In this document: positions 1-13,088 of the stretch, one piece after another
How positions within the stretch are numbered: position 1 is the first letter of the stretch
Layout: each line of letters begins with the position of its first letter
DNA from: Malacoraja senta
Taxonomy: Eukaryota
Direction of reading: 5' to 3'
DNA length: 64,000 bases
Assembly (NCBI GenBank): GCA_038087875.1
Contig: CM075990.1
Location: 5,396,001-5,460,000 of the forward strand
Translations under genes and position numbers: made by a program
The notes under the pieces: generated by a model
Database searches by the model: none
Seen by the model: only the letters and a program-made list of their open reading frames with translations
What the model was told of the DNA's origin: nothing

Positions 1-38
1 GAATGACGCGCAAATGACGCCCAAGTGGGACAGGCCCT
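1..38. mobile_element. Right end of a PIF/Harbinger-like MITE
   Basis: Ends CCCAAGTGGGACAGGCCCT followed by TAA; same end as 29218-29432. Confidence 0.7.
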
Positions 39-40
39 TA

Positions 41-277
41 ACATTATCCTACACATACTAGGGACAATTTACACATACACCAAGCCATTTCATCTACATA
101 GCTGTACGTCTTTGGAGTATGGGAAGAAACTGAAGATCTCGGAGAAAGCCCACGCGGTCACGGGGAGAACGTACAAACTCCGTACAGACAGCACCCGGAG
201 TCAGCATCGAACCCAGGTCTCCGGCGCTGCAAGCGATGTAAAGCAGCAACTGTACCACTGCGCCACCGTGGCCGCCC
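41..277 (-). mobile_element. tRNA-derived V-SINE (HE1-like)
   Basis: A box TGGCGCAGTGG, B box GGTTCGATGC, V-domain GGAGTTTGTACGTTCTCCCCGTG. Confidence 0.85.
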
Positions 278-592
278 ATATGATTTGATAATAATCCATT
301 TGCTTCCGCTACTGGTAAAATACCACTTGGTTCAATCTTCATTCTGCACCAAATGCATTTTACATTGTTTGGCTCTTTCAAAAATGTTTATTTATGGCAG
401 AATATAAAGTCATGAGTTTTAATTTTCAATTAGTGAAACAGATTATGTGAGTTTAAAAAAGGATGCTTCTGTGTAGTTTGGTAACAAAGTAAGAGTTGCT
501 GCTTTAATCAGAGATAACATTGCATTAATCAGGGAAAAACAATTGAAAGAAGATGGCATCTATTGAACCGCTGCCTTTTCTTGTGTCTGCAG

Positions 593-770
593 GTTGACAA
601 TGCTAGAGTCCTGCACTATGTTGGTGCAGGGGTGGGATTTCCCAGTAGTATGCTGTTCATCTGCTTCCAGTCTGTCATCACCTACAAGATTGCAAAGAAT
701 TCGCTGGACTATCGGATAGGACACTGTCGTGCTGTTCTGACCATTGTGGCCTTCATCAACCTTGTCCTTA
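593..770 (+). CDS. TMEM150A: TMEM150A (DRAM/TMEM150 family) gene 1, penultimate coding exon
   Basis: Pyrimidine tract plus cag acceptor before 593. Translates VDNARVLHYVGAGVGFPSSMLFICFQSVITYKIAKNSLDYRIGHCRAVLTIVAFINLVL, matching my recollection of TMEM150A VDHARSLHYVGAGVAFP...SVLAVIAFITLVL. Ends in phase 1 at donor GTATCCTTT (771). Upstream exons lie outside the window. Confidence 0.92.
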
Positions 771-1945
771 GTATCCTTTCTACAGAGCTCTTCTTTAAAA
801 CACGTGCTCCGAGTAACAGTATAACTTCTGCCAACCATAGACACATTCCTCTAAGCCACTGTCAAATCCGAGCCCATACTACACCAATTCACTGTTTATT
901 ACTACACAATGTTATATCTTCTATTGTCCTTTAATCAACATTGCCTCGTTCATTTCTAGACTGTCCTGACTCTCAATTTATTGCCATTTTGTTCTATTTG
1001 CTCTTTAATAAAATTCTTTTTTTTAACCTCACGAAGACTTTTGTTCTCATAGCTTTACACCTAACATATATCTGCAGGCTTTTAATTAAAAATCCTCGGA
1101 GCTTTAATTTCAGTTCTCAGCAGATCTTCAAACTTGATTTCAATGTAGCTAGTAAGCCTGCAGGTTAGGAGGATAAAGAAGTCATTTAATTTTTTTTTAA
1201 TGTAATTTAAGTCAATGTAAAAAGTATTTTATTTAAGTTTAACTTTTTAGTTGTTTTTAATCATTTATTTCAATTATAATAGTTTGTATTTTAAAATTTA
1301 AATTCCTTTGTACAGTTTTGACAGGAGGCAGGGCTTCTGACCTAGCTTTACATTCTGTCAAAGCCTGTCAAGGTTATTCTAGGGGTGGAGCACCAGCATT
1401 ACGTGGCTGGAGATCTGGTTACCATTTTTGCAAATCAGTTTAAGAGATCGAGCCATAGTTCAATATCTACAAAAAAATAGCCTGCTGTGTTGATTTTAAG
1501 TAATACAAAAAATTCAACTTAGAAATTCAGTGTGAAGGCAACACCATTATCCAATCTTTTCTATAATATATATATACATATTTGTAGACACAAAGTGCTG
1601 GAGGAGCTCAGCGGGTTAGGCGGCATCTCTGCAGAAAAACGTTAGTTGACATTTCGGGCCAGGATCCTTCTTCGCTTTGTGTCTCTCCAGACCCACTGAG
1701 TTACTCCAGTACTTTGTGTCACCCATCCTTTTTCTCCAGTGATGTTGCCTGACCGGGTGAGTTACTCCAGAATTTGTGTCTGTCTTTGGTACAGTCTGAA
1801 GAAGGATCCTGCCCAAAACGTCATCTATCCATTTACCCCGGAGATGCCGACTGACCTGCTGAGTTTCTCCAGCACTTTGTATAAGCCAGCGTTTGCACTT
1901 CTTTGTTTCTATATCCCATCAATAGCTCCTTAACATGCTCCTAAG
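771..1945 (+). other. U12-type (minor spliceosome) GT-AG intron
   Basis: 5' splice site GTATCCTTT (771-779) and branch site TCCTTAAC (1927-1934), 11 nt before the exon start (terminal AG 1944-1945); no long polypyrimidine tract. Confidence 0.9.
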
Positions 1946-2190
1946 GTGGGGTCTTCTTCGTTCAGGAGAGCTCAAATCTCCAGCATGCTGCAGCCATTTG
2001 CGAATGGGTCTTCACTATTGTTATCCTCATTTTCTATGGGACATTCGCAGTAGAGTTTGGCTCTATTACTCAGAACACCCTTCTTGAAATGCTGACAAAG
2101 GAAGCCCAGAAGAGCCACTGTAAACCTGACAGCAACAGAATCCCAGGAACACACATCAACTGCACCCAGGAGGCTGTGGCAATGATCTAG
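1946..2190 (+). CDS. TMEM150A: TMEM150A gene 1, last coding exon
   Basis: In phase with the previous exon: SGVFFVQESSNLQHAAAICEWVFTIVILIFYGTFAVEFG...THINCTQEAVAMI*, with TAG at 2188-2190. Matches the TMEM150A C-terminus as I recall it (SGVFFVHES..CEWV..FYGTF..THLNCAPESIAMI). Not in the ORF track. Confidence 0.93.
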
Positions 2191-2947
2191 ACTTCAAACC
2201 GTTAACAGGCAGGTCGATCTATTTTGTCATCTCGAAAACTTTGCCTTTAAAACAGCATTAAAAAAAAAAATCCAAGTGCTCAGGACATCTATGGAGCATT
2301 ACTGTTTGATGTAAAATGACAATTAAAATGTCTCAGATTCTTGAAGCAATCAAAACACTACTGCAGAAACCAACCTGAGAGGACCAAGCTTGTCATTTCC
2401 ATTGGTATTTTTTGAAACATTTATCTGGAAGTTAATTTTTGTAATAAAGATTTGATTTTTATAACAAAATGAATTATATATTTTTGGCAACAGTCGACAA
2501 CCATTTTGAATATGTGTTGGAATTTTGAACTTTGAGATGTTTTTAGCACTGGCTGATGTAAATGGATGGTTAAACATCCAAATTTTAACTGTGATGATAA
2601 CTTTAAAAAATATCATTACATTTGATATTGATTCTGTATCCGCTGCTTTGATAAAAAGCTTCACTAACCTATCACCTCTTCATAGCTCTATAACCTCTTC
2701 TGACTCCATAATCTCTACTGAATCTCCAATTTCATGTGTCCTATTTGTGGCTGTCATTCCTTCAACTATCTAGACTCCAACTCTGGAATTTCTTTAATAA
2801 ACTTCTCTGCTGCCATACCTCTCTCCTGTTTGTTAAGCAGCCTTTAAACTACATCTGTACAGTATTGTATAAGCATATAATGTCACTGTATTGGATCACG
2901 TGTGCTTTGTTGTGTACACGTGCAGTCCGAGAAGAACCTTGAATAAA
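2191..2947 (+). other. Probable 3' UTR of TMEM150A gene 1 with candidate poly(A) signals
   Basis: AT-rich unique sequence after the stop; AATAAA at 2443, 2796 and 2942. The site actually used cannot be determined. Confidence 0.45.
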
Positions 2948-4329
2948 GCAGACATACCTTTTGGAACTCGCTGTGGTTCCGGCCTATTACTCTGCATCAT
3001 CCTCACTTTATTCCCCAGGAGACTTGGGACCTAATGCAATGAGCAATTTGACATGCGTGGTAGGGTGGCTCGAGTAATTTTGAAGTACAGACTTGAAATG
3101 GCTGGTCTCAAGTTCAGGCTTGAACTGAAGAAATAAAGATGTGGATTGGCGAGGTTAAACCTTGTAAATAGAGTAATGCAGCGTGAAAATAGGCCCTTCG
3201 CCCCAACTTGCCGATATCAACCAATATGTCCCATCTAAACTCGTCCCACCTGCCTGCGTTTGGCCCATATCGCCTCTAAAACTATCCTACTTATGTACCT
3301 GTCTAATAATTTCTTACACATTGCAATAGTACCTGCCTCAACCACTACCATGTCCTCCCTGTTCTTATATTCAATCCTTCTGCTAATAAAGTCAAGTATG
3401 CCATTCTTTATACCCTATAAAGTGGAAAAGTGGATGAAGACAGCCTGGACCTAATACACTACAAAGACGTACAGACACAAAGGTAAATTGGCTTGGTGTA
3501 AATGTAAAATTGTCCCTAGTGTGTGCAGGATTGTGTTACTGTGCGGGGATTGCTGGTCAGTGCGGACTCGGTGGGCCGAAGTGCCTGTTTCTGCGCTGTA
3601 TCTCTAAACTAAACTAAAATTAGATCAAGGATCTCAGTGTTATGATAAAACAGTGAAACCCTCAGTTTTATCTGGAAATGATGGCAATGTTCTTCAGGCC
3701 AAGCAATGTAATGGAAGTTATAGATGAGGGTAAAGGATTAGATCTTCATAATGAGGCCATTCAAGGACATTGGAAAACAGACTTGCTTAGAGGCAAAGAA
3801 GCTCAGATACTGGTGCTGTTATAAGCAGAAGCAGACCTTTTAACATCATGCAAAATAAACAATATTTCATTTCAAGAGGTTATTGAGAGATTGCAGTATC
3901 ATTTTAACAAGGACCTTCAGAGATGATAGGTAGTTATATATTTGGGACCTAAAACCAAACCAAGGTCAGCAGAGAATCCTAGTGATTGTAAGATAGTGGT
4001 TCTATCTTTAACCCAAACAACAATATTAGTGGCTTCTGAATTAACTACAATGGGATAAGATTGTGTGTAATTTAACAGGCAAGGACATTCAATCTAAATT
4101 GTTGAATACACAGGATTTAACATTTGAATGGCCACATGGATTGAAATGTAAAACATATTAAAAGTATTTGGCAGTTGCATAATGTTAACATTGTGTGTAG
4201 GCAAATATATGTAGCAAAGGAGAAGCTCTAATACTAAACCGGAGTGAATTTGGCTGAAAGGTGAGGAAGAGCTGCACTGGTGTAACGGAGAATACCCATT
4301 ACAAGTATGCCAGTTCTGAATAGCAAAAT

Positions 4330-5218
4330 GTTTCAAAATGCAAAAAGAATAGGCATGTGCCTCAACGTGTAAGATTCAGGACTCCCAAGTATAAAAAAAT
4401 ATCAGTTAAGCCGCTCCTCGATGCATGGCCAAAACTACAAAGCCACAAAAGAGGAAGTGGCAAAACATCGAATGTGTGAAGATTTAAGATGAAATCATGA
4501 CAGTGGCTTTCCCTGTCATCCTTGCATGTGACCAACTTTGTGTAAAATTAAAATCTTGACTTTAAATTGTTGCTTATCTTAGATAATGGACCAGGTCACC
4601 CTAGTAAACTTGACGATATTAAGAAGATGTTAAGGTTGAGTTACTCCAGCTTTTTGTGTCTATATCTTTGGATTAAAACAACATCTGCAGTTCCTTCCCA
4701 CACTATTTACCTGCCACACAGCTTCATTGCTACTGACTATGGATCGAGGTGGTAGAATCATCAGCTCTATTGTTTAGTTTATATCTTCTCTCATCGACGG
4801 TGTCGGTAAGACAACAATCAGGGAATTTTGGCATACCTGTACTGAACATTGCTGATTAATATAATGAAGCAATGTTGGTACTTAAGAATGGTGTGTGATC
4901 AGAAGTGTGGCTGGAATGTGACAATAACTTCTAAGGAATTTGCAATATTGACACCAACATGGAAGAAAAGTCAACCTGATCAAGGAAGTTGATGTGGGAA
5001 GAGCTGCAGGAGTTGATGTGATGGAATTTTCTGAATCCTGCAAAGAAGAATTGTCAAATGAAGACTTAATACAATTAAGAATACAACAACATGAAGAAGA
5101 GAGACAAACAATATTAACCCTCAAATATTAACAACAGAATGATTGCTAAAAATTCTTTACGTTATTGAAAAAGCAACAGAAATTTTCAAGGATGATCATG
5201 GGCAGAGAACGCAGTTCT
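4330..5218 (+). mobile_element. Degenerate pogo/Tigger transposase remnant
   Basis: LLILDNGPGHP (4570-4602) and a downstream xMDRG trace, typical of the pogo DDE_1 domain; boundaries approximate. Confidence 0.6.
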
Positions 5219-5221
5219 AAA

Positions 5222-6140
5222 CCCTTGCAAGGATGCATTCTCAGCGCCCTACTATATTCCCTACATGACCGTGCAGCCAAAACCTTCTCTAACTTCATCT
5301 GCAAGTTTGCAGGTGACACCATTGTGGCGGGTTGGATCACAGATGCTAATGAGAATGAGTACAGGAAAGAGGAAGAGAACTCATGGGTTAGGAGGACAAC
5401 AACATAATTCTCAATGCCAGCAAGATGAAGGAGCTAGTTATTGACTTCAGGAAGTGTGATGCAGTACATGCCCCAGTCAGCGTCAATGGTGCCGGAGTAG
5501 AAATGGTTGAGAGCTTCAAGATCCCAGACAGAAATATCATCAACAATGTCCTGGACCAGTCACATTGAAGCTACAGCCAAAAAGGCACACCAATGTGTCT
5601 ACTGAGGAAATTCGGCATGTCTCCTGCAACTCCTACTAACTTCTACCAATGCAGTGGAGAAAACATACTGCCAGGTTGGATCACAGCTTGGTTTGGGAAC
5701 AGCTCTGCCCAAGAAAGCAAGGGAGCTGTGGATGTACCCAGTCCAGCACCCAGACCAGACTCCCCACCATTGACTCCATCTATATTTTTTGCTCTCTTGG
5801 GAATGCAGCCAACACAATCAATCACCTTTCCCACTCCATCCATTCCTTCTTTTGACCCGTCCCATTGGGCAGAAGATACAAAAGGTTGAAAGCGTGTACC
5901 ACCAGACTCTGAAATAGCTTTTTTCCCCCTGTTGTCAGATTTCTGAACTATCCTTCCATAAGCCAGGTGCAGACCCGATTTTCTAACCTACCTCATTGCG
6001 GACATTGGAGTTTTTCCCGGGAACTGTTACGCTAAAATGTGAAGAACTATATTCTGCACTCTGGTATATTTATTTTTGCTTTATTAATTGTAATTGTGTT
6101 TGGCTTGATTGTATTCACGTATAGAGTTATTTTATTTGAC
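5222..6140 (+). mobile_element. Rex1/Babar-like LINE 3' fragment
   Basis: QGCILSALLYS, ICKFAGDT, LRKFGMSP..NFYQC..ENILPGWITAWFGN. Confidence 0.75.
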
Positions 6141-7007
6141 TAGATAATAATAATAATAATGAATTTTATTTACGGGCGCCTTATACCGAGGTCTCAAGGA
6201 CACCTTACAGAGATTTATAGGAAACATATAATCAGTATTTAAAAAAATAAGTTATAAAGACCAATACACAAATCAGGGACAGAATTCCTTCCAAAAACAC
6301 AAAAAAGAAAATCAGAAGCACAATTTGAGGTAGGGAGATAGGGAGCAAACAAAAACTGGCACTGTCTTTTGGAACGTGTGATGGTAACAAACCAAAATTT
6401 AAACCGAAATAGTGTGAGTTGAGGCCAAGATCACATTAGCCATGATCTCAATGAATTGTAGATCAGTTTTTCAGGATCTATTCCTGTTCTACGTTTTTAC
6501 AGAGATGATACTGTTGTGCGAGAGGTTCCAGAAAAGGGAGAATTGCAGTTGTTGAAATTCATGACAATAAAATCTCCACTACCCCACCCACTCACTGCTA
6601 CAAATAATATTCACAGTGATAGTTGTGAAGCTTAACTTAATTTTATATTTAGAAACATATTTACATGGAAAGCCGACACAAATTCAACAATCGATACCAA
6701 TAGGGTGTGAAGTCTTCACAAGAAATGTCGTTATGGGCATCATGGGCAAGGTAATGGCCAATGGGCAAACAGCAGCTTATACCCCAGCGGTATGATTATT
6801 GACTTCTCTAACTTCAAGTAACCTTTGTTTTCCCTCTCTCTCCATCCCTCCCCCCTTCCCTGTTCTCCGACCAGTCTGACTGCCCCACTGATTACATTGT
6901 ATCTCTGTTTGCTTTGTTTTCACCTTCCCCCAGCTAAAAATGATCTATTCTACATTTTCCTTTGACTTCATCTCTTTGGATCTCTTACACTTCCTTAATC
7001 TCTGTAG

Positions 7008-7565
7008 CTCCCTCACCTCAACTTCTCTTAAACTTCTACAGGTGCACGGTAGAGAGCATTCTGACTGGTTGCACCGTGGCCTGGTTCGGCAACTTGAACG
7101 TCCAGGAGCGAAAAAGACTACAAAAAGTTGTGACCACTGCCCAGTCCATCACCGGCTCTGACCTCCCCACCGTCGAAGGGATCTATCGTAGTCGCTCCCT
7201 CAAAAAGGCAGCCAAAATCATCAAGGACCCACACCATCCTGGCCACACACTCATCTCACCATTGCCATCATGAAGAAGGTACAGGAGCCTGAAAACTGTA
7301 ACGTCTAGGTTCAGGAACAGCTTCTTCCCTACAGCCATCAGGCTATTAAACACAACAAATTATACAACAAATAAGCTCTGAGCTCTGAACTGCAAAAGAC
7401 TTATTATTGCACTATATTTGTTATTTATTGAACATTTTCTATTTTTCCACTTCTCCTGTTATGTACAATGTTTACATATTCACATATTCTGTTGTGCTGC
7501 AGCAAGTAAGAATTTCATTGTCCCACCCGGGACATATGACAATAAAACGCTCTTGACACTTGACT
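7008..7565 (+). mobile_element. Rex1/Babar-like LINE 3' fragment
   Basis: LLNFYRCTVESILTGCTVAWFGN...IIKDPHHPGH, then AATAAA and a short repeat tail. Confidence 0.8.
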
Positions 7566-8052
7566 CGAACGTTCAGTCGGAAGAAGGGTTTCGACCCGAA
7601 AGGTCACCCACTCTTTCTACCCATAGAATGCTGCCTGTCCCGCTGGGTTACTCTAGTGTTTAGTGTCGATCGTTACAGAAAAGGTCTATTGATTGTGTGC
7701 TTTGGACACAAGTTTGGAGGGACTGTGCTAGGATAGAATATGGAGGTACAGGCAATCATATTTGGGATCACAATTTCCACCAGCTCTTTTAGTAAGACTC
7801 TTCAACTTGGTACCCAACTTCACGTCCTTTTTGACTATTCTTGGATCCAAGCCTGCAATACCCATGATAATAGACAGCAACGGGCCCTCCTCCTAACCCA
7901 ATATGATCCTGATATTAAATACTCAGCATCTAAACAATGCCACAGTGAATGCATTATCAAGATTATTTTATAAAAACACTGGTAAGAATATACAGTGCAT
8001 GTACATCTCTGGAGTGAAGGAATGGGTGAGGTTTTGGGTCAAGACCCAAAGT

Positions 8053-8080
8053 CTGAAGAAGGGTCTCGACCCGAAACGTC
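8053..8080 (+). ncRNA. Minimal type I hammerhead ribozyme core (Penelope pLTR)
   Basis: CUGAAGA-A-GGGU(CUCG)ACCC-GAAA-CG-UC: conserved core, stem II hairpin, palindromic ACGU stem III and GUC triplet. Stem I is very short. Confidence 0.65.
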
Positions 8081-8375
8081 ACCCATTCCTTCTCTCCAGA
8101 GATGCTGCCTGTCCCGCTGAGTTACTCCAGCTTTTTGTGCCTATCTTCAGTTTAAACCAGCATCTGCAGTTCCTTCCTAAGCATTCAGTACACGTGCGAT
8201 GAGTATAATTTCCTTGCAACAGAAATGGGGGGAGTAAAATGATGCAAAATGAACCAGCAACAAAGCCAGCAAATGAGTACAGTTTGAGTGGGTGGACTAA
8301 TTCAACAGATTTCAAATAAAAATCTAAAGTCTTTCACACATCCACAAATTATCCACTCATTCAAGATGCATCAAA

Positions 8376-8954
8376 GATAGACACAAAATGTTGGAGTAAC
8401 TCAGCGGGACAGGCAGCATCTCTGGAGAGAAGGAATGGGTGATGTTTTGGGTCGAGACCCTTCTTCAGACGAGTTAAGGATAAGGGAAACAAGAGATATA
8501 GACGATGATGTAAAGAGAAAAATGAATGAAAGCTTTGCAAAAAAGTAACGATAATTAAGGAAACTGGCCATTGTAAGCTGTTTGTTGGGTGAAAATGAGA
8601 AGCTGGTGCGACTTGGGTGGGGTGGGATAAAGAGAGAGGGAATGCCGGGGCTACCTGAAGTTAGAGAAATCAACACATACCACTGCCCAAGCGAAATATG
8701 AGATGCTGTTCCTCCAATTTGAGTTTAGCCTCATTCTGACAATGGAGCAGACCTAGGAGAGAAAGATCTGTGTGGGAATGGGAAGGAGAATGAAAGTGTT
8801 TAGCAACCGGGAGATCAGGTAGGTTCAGGCGGACTGAGCAAAGGTGTTCAGCGAAACGATCGTCCAGTCTCCGTTTGGTCTTGCCGATGTATAAGAGTCC
8901 CCATCTTGAACAACGGATACAGTAGATGAGGTTGGAGGAGGTGCAAGTGAACCT
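8376..8954 (-). mobile_element. Penelope-like element 3' fragment (GIY-YIG + pLTR)
   Basis: Reverse strand encodes RFTCTSSNLIYCIRCSRWGLLYIGKTKRRLDDRFAEHL; same 3' region as 27257-27987. Confidence 0.85.
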
Positions 8955-10606
8955 ATGGGGTCACAGAGTAAATATGAAATAAGAAATATGTAGGAAGGAA
9001 CTGCAGATACTCGCTTTAACCGACCCGCTGAGTCACTCCAGCTTTTTGTGTCTATCTTTGAAATAATAAATAGTTTTGTTTATTATTGTCACGTGTACTG
9101 AAAATAACTCTTGTGTCTGGAAAAAACGACTGTGAAAAACTTTTCTTTGGATGTCATCGTGTCAGAGTAAAGACTATAAATGAATACAATCAAGCCATCC
9201 ACAGTACACAGAAGGGTACAGCATTTAGTACAAGATATAACATTGAGGTCTGATGAAGTCCGATTAAAGATAGTTCAAAGATCTCCAGTGAGGTAGAAGG
9301 GAGGTCAGGACCGTACTCCAGTTGATAGGAGTACAGTTCAGTTGCCTGATAACAGCTAAGAAGAAACTATCCCTGAATCTGGAGGTGTGCGTTTTCAAAC
9401 ATCTGTACCTCTTGGCTGATGGGAGAGGGGGAAGAGGGAGTGAACAGGGTGAGACTGGTCCTTGATTATGCTAAGGCAGCATGAAGTGTAGATGGAGTCA
9501 ATGGAAGGGGGCTGCTTTGTGTGATGGTCTGGGCTTCGTCCACAACACTGCAATTTCTTGCGGTCTTGGATGGAGCTATTCCCAAACAAGGCTGTGCTGC
9601 ATCTTAGAAACATAGAAACATAGGAAATAGGTGCAGGAGGAGGCCATTCGGCCCTTCGAGCCAGCACCGCCATTCATTGTGATCATCCCCAATCAATAAC
9701 CCGTGCCTGCCTTCTCCCCATATTCCTTGATTCCACTAGCCCTTAGAGCTTGATAAGATACTTTCCAGGGTGCATCTGTGGAAGTTGGTACGCGTTGTTG
9801 GGACATGCCGAACTTTTTGATAAAGCAGAGTAATGTAAAAAGTCAATCAGGAAGGCGTGGGTGTTGTTAACATTAAACCAAAGAGATTACCAGATGGACA
9901 AAGAGAATGATTCCAGAAAAATCACAAAATCCACTTAAAAATGTGAAACATTTCCACTGGTTGACAGGAATCTCGAGACCATGACCACTCAAAATTGAGG
10001 CAGACCTTTTGTGATGACACTGAGAACATCAGGTCCATGTGTCAAGAGCTGATCACCTCTTAATCAAGCCACCCATCCTGCCAAGCACCTACTGCCCCAT
10101 CTGTTTCATCCACATTGGCCTCATCAATCGCCTCAGAATCCACATATTGGAATGGAAGTAAGTTCATAAAATCATAAGTTCATAAGTGATTGGAGCAGAA
10201 CTAGCCCATTCAGCCCATCAAGCCTATTCCATCATTCAATCATGGCTGATCTATCTCTCCCTCCTAACTCCATTCTCCTGCCTTCTCCCCATAACCCCTG
10301 ACACCCGTGCTAATCAAGAATCCATCTATCTCTGCCTTAAATATTTCCTTTAACTTCAAGTAGCCCTTGCTTTCCCTCTTCAAGTAGCCCTTGCTTTCCC
10401 TCTCTCTCCATCCCTCCCTCTTCCTCGTTTTCCGACCCGTCTGATTGTCCTCCTGATTTAATTTTATTGCGGAAGCTTCATTGTTACCTTATCCTAGCTA
10501 ACAATGATCTATTCTACATTTTCCTTGATCTCTATCCCCTTTGATGTCTCATTTTCACACCTTACACTACCTTATCTCCGTGTCTCCCTGACTCTTGACA
10601 CTCAGT

Positions 10607-10634
10607 CTGAAGAAGGGTCTCGACCCGAAACGTC
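10607..10634 (+). ncRNA. Minimal type I hammerhead ribozyme core (Penelope pLTR fragment 10350-10737)
   Basis: Core identical to 8053: CTGAAGAAGGGTCTCGACCCGAAACGTC. Confidence 0.65.
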
Positions 10635-11271
10635 ATCCATTCCTCCTATCCAGAGATGCCTCCTGTCCCGCTGAGTTACTCCAGCATTTTGTGTCTATCT
10701 TCGGTGTAAACCAGCATCTGCAGTTCCTTCCTACACATTTCCTCTGGGTGCTCTGGATTCCTCCCACAACCCTAAGATGTCTACGTTGGTAGGTGTGTTG
10801 ACCACTGTAAATTCCCTTCGCCTGCAGTTAAATAGTCGAGACTGATGGGGAGATGATAGAATATAGGGAAAATGTGATTATGTGGGATTATTGTAATTTG
10901 ATGATTGGTGCATACTCGGTTGGTCAAAGGGTTCTATGCTGTATGACTCCATGCCTCTCTGTCTCTATCGTGAAATGCCGCCCGGCTCTAAGAAATTCAT
11001 AATGCATGTGATTAAGCCTCCAGTGGTGCTGCCATGAGATGCTGAACCCTTTCTCTATCATCTGCTGCCCCTGCCATTCACCATCATGCAGTGGTTTGAG
11101 AAGCAGGTCAGAGCACACATCAACACCAGCCTCTCAGACTGCCTTGATCCACCACAATCTGCCAGTGCCACAACAAGTTCATGGCAGATGCCATTTCCTG
11201 TTCTGGTTCTGCACTCAACCTTGGAACATCTGGATAACAAGCACACCTAGGTCAAACTCCTATTTATTGAC

Positions 11272-11900
11272 TAGTAGATCAAGTGGAACCCATTTTGAGC
11301 CACGTTCCCCCAACGCAATAATCCACCATTCACCCGTTCCCCCAACGCAACCCATTTACACCACTCACCCGTTCCCCCAACGTAACCTGTTTCACCAACG
11401 CAATATTCCACCACTCACCCATAGCCCCGGCGGGAGGCCTGGTTCCCCGATGCAACCCATTCCCCAACATAAGATTCCACTGGACTTTAAAAAAATTCCA
11501 ATTGCACTACCCCTGCCTCTAATTCTAATTCCACTTCCTCTCGCCCCCTCCCCCTCCTGTTCAATCACTTGCTGCCAGGACCACGACTAAGTGTTCTATG
11601 ATGGCAACATTGTTGCAAATGTCAGGTGGAGGACTGTGAGATCCCAATGTGACGTCATAGCTGCAACTGCCAGCACTGAAGTGTTGAAGTGATTATCAAA
11701 GTGGATTTAGTAAACTTAAAATTGTGATAACTTGTGAAATAAGTCATCAATCTGAACGAAATGATACAAACAATCACAGGTCAATGGTGAGTAAGGTGGT
11801 GCTAACATTTTCAAGCTACTGTGTACCGTTTTGGCGTAGTTCCTTGAGATCGCACGCACGCAGACAGACAAACGTCCAAACAAGACGAGAGTTTTAGTAA
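11272..11900. mobile_element. Non-autonomous insert with ~31 bp internal tandem repeats (Helitron/Helentron-like)
   Basis: Interrupts a Rex1-like RT at TTGACTA; five or six CCCCAACGCAA...CCACTCACC units (11307-11480); ends ...ACAGACAGACAAAC...TTTTAGTA. No TIR or TSD seen; superfamily is tentative. Confidence 0.45.
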
Positions 11901-12742
11901 CTCTGATGATGGCTTCACCTTCAACACCATCATTCTAATCAAACTCATCTGCAAACTCCTAGATCTGGTACTCAGCACCCCGATCCGCAATTGGATCCTT
12001 GACTTCCTGATCCATAGACCCATAGACCCATCCTTAGATCCATATCCTGAATCAGTCAAGATAATTCTCAACACCAGTGCCTGCGTTATCAGGCCCTTAC
12101 ATTGTCTCAAGATGATATTAAACATTACACTGCTGTCTAACTGGAATTGCATCACTCTTCCATTACCAACCGAGAATGTCCATTGTTGAAAAGATCTATG
12201 ATAGATACTTGGCTTTCCTCAATTATGTTTACCTATTCCATTGCATTTCTTTCTGGGTTCAATATCACGTCAATGTCACTCATCATATTTATCTCATAAT
12301 CAGATGTTTCATAAGACCTATAGTCAAGTTGTGCATCATTGTGAACTGACCTTGCCCCATCACACAAACTCTTAATCTAGTTGGGAGGTTAAAAATAATG
12401 CAGCATAATGATTGGTGTCCAATAGATACTTTAATAGTGGTTGTAGAAGTAAAGAAATGTTTAGACCAGTGATAGACCCTCCTCAGAGAGGTCCCGACCC
12501 AAAGCATCACCTATCCATGTTCTCCAGAGATGCTGCCTGACCTGCGGAGTTACTCCAGCACTTTGTGTCTATCTATAATATAGGTTGTTTTGGTGGTAAG
12601 TAGGGTGTTGTGGTGTTGGTGATGTCATGAGGAGTCAATGGGAAACTTCCAGCCCTCACACTTCCAGTGGGTTGAACATGGAGTTACAATGAAATATCCA
12701 TGTAGACACCGTGACTTTGCCTGAAAATATCCTGCAACACAT

Positions 12743-13053
12743 GGGCGACCACGGTGGCGCAGCGGTAGAGTTGCTGCCTTATAGCGCTTACAGCGCCAGA
12801 GACCTGGGTTCGATCCCGACTACGGGTGCTGTCTGTACGGAGTTTGTACGTTCTCCCCGTGATCTCCGAGACCTTCGGTTTCCTCCCGCACTCCAAAGAG
12901 GTAAAGGTATGTAGGTTAATTGGCTTGGTGTATGTGTAAATTGTCTCTAGTGTGTGTAGGATAGCGTTAATGTGCGAGGATAATGTTGGCATGGACTCGG
13001 TGGGACGAAGGGCCTGTTTCTGCGCTGTATCTCTAAACTAAACTAAACTAAAC
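12743..13053 (+). mobile_element. tRNA-derived V-SINE (HE1-like)
   Basis: A/B boxes, V-domain, CR1-like 3' end and a (CTAAA)n tail. Confidence 0.9.
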
Positions 13054-13060
13054 ATGAACT

Positions 13061-13088
13061 CTGAAGAAGGGTTTCGGCCCGAAACGTT
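13061..13088 (+). ncRNA. Minimal hammerhead core, second subfamily
   Basis: CTGAAGAAGGGTTTCGGCCCGAAACGTT: stem II kept with a G-U pair and UUCG loop, and a GUU triplet. Confidence 0.6.

Noticed and set aside
563..934. ORF 563-934 as a standalone protein
   Set aside because: Only 593-770 is exonic; the rest is intron read-through.
12743..12830. tRNA genes at SINE heads
   Set aside because: A/B boxes continue into the V-domain and a LINE-like tail; no complete cloverleaf.
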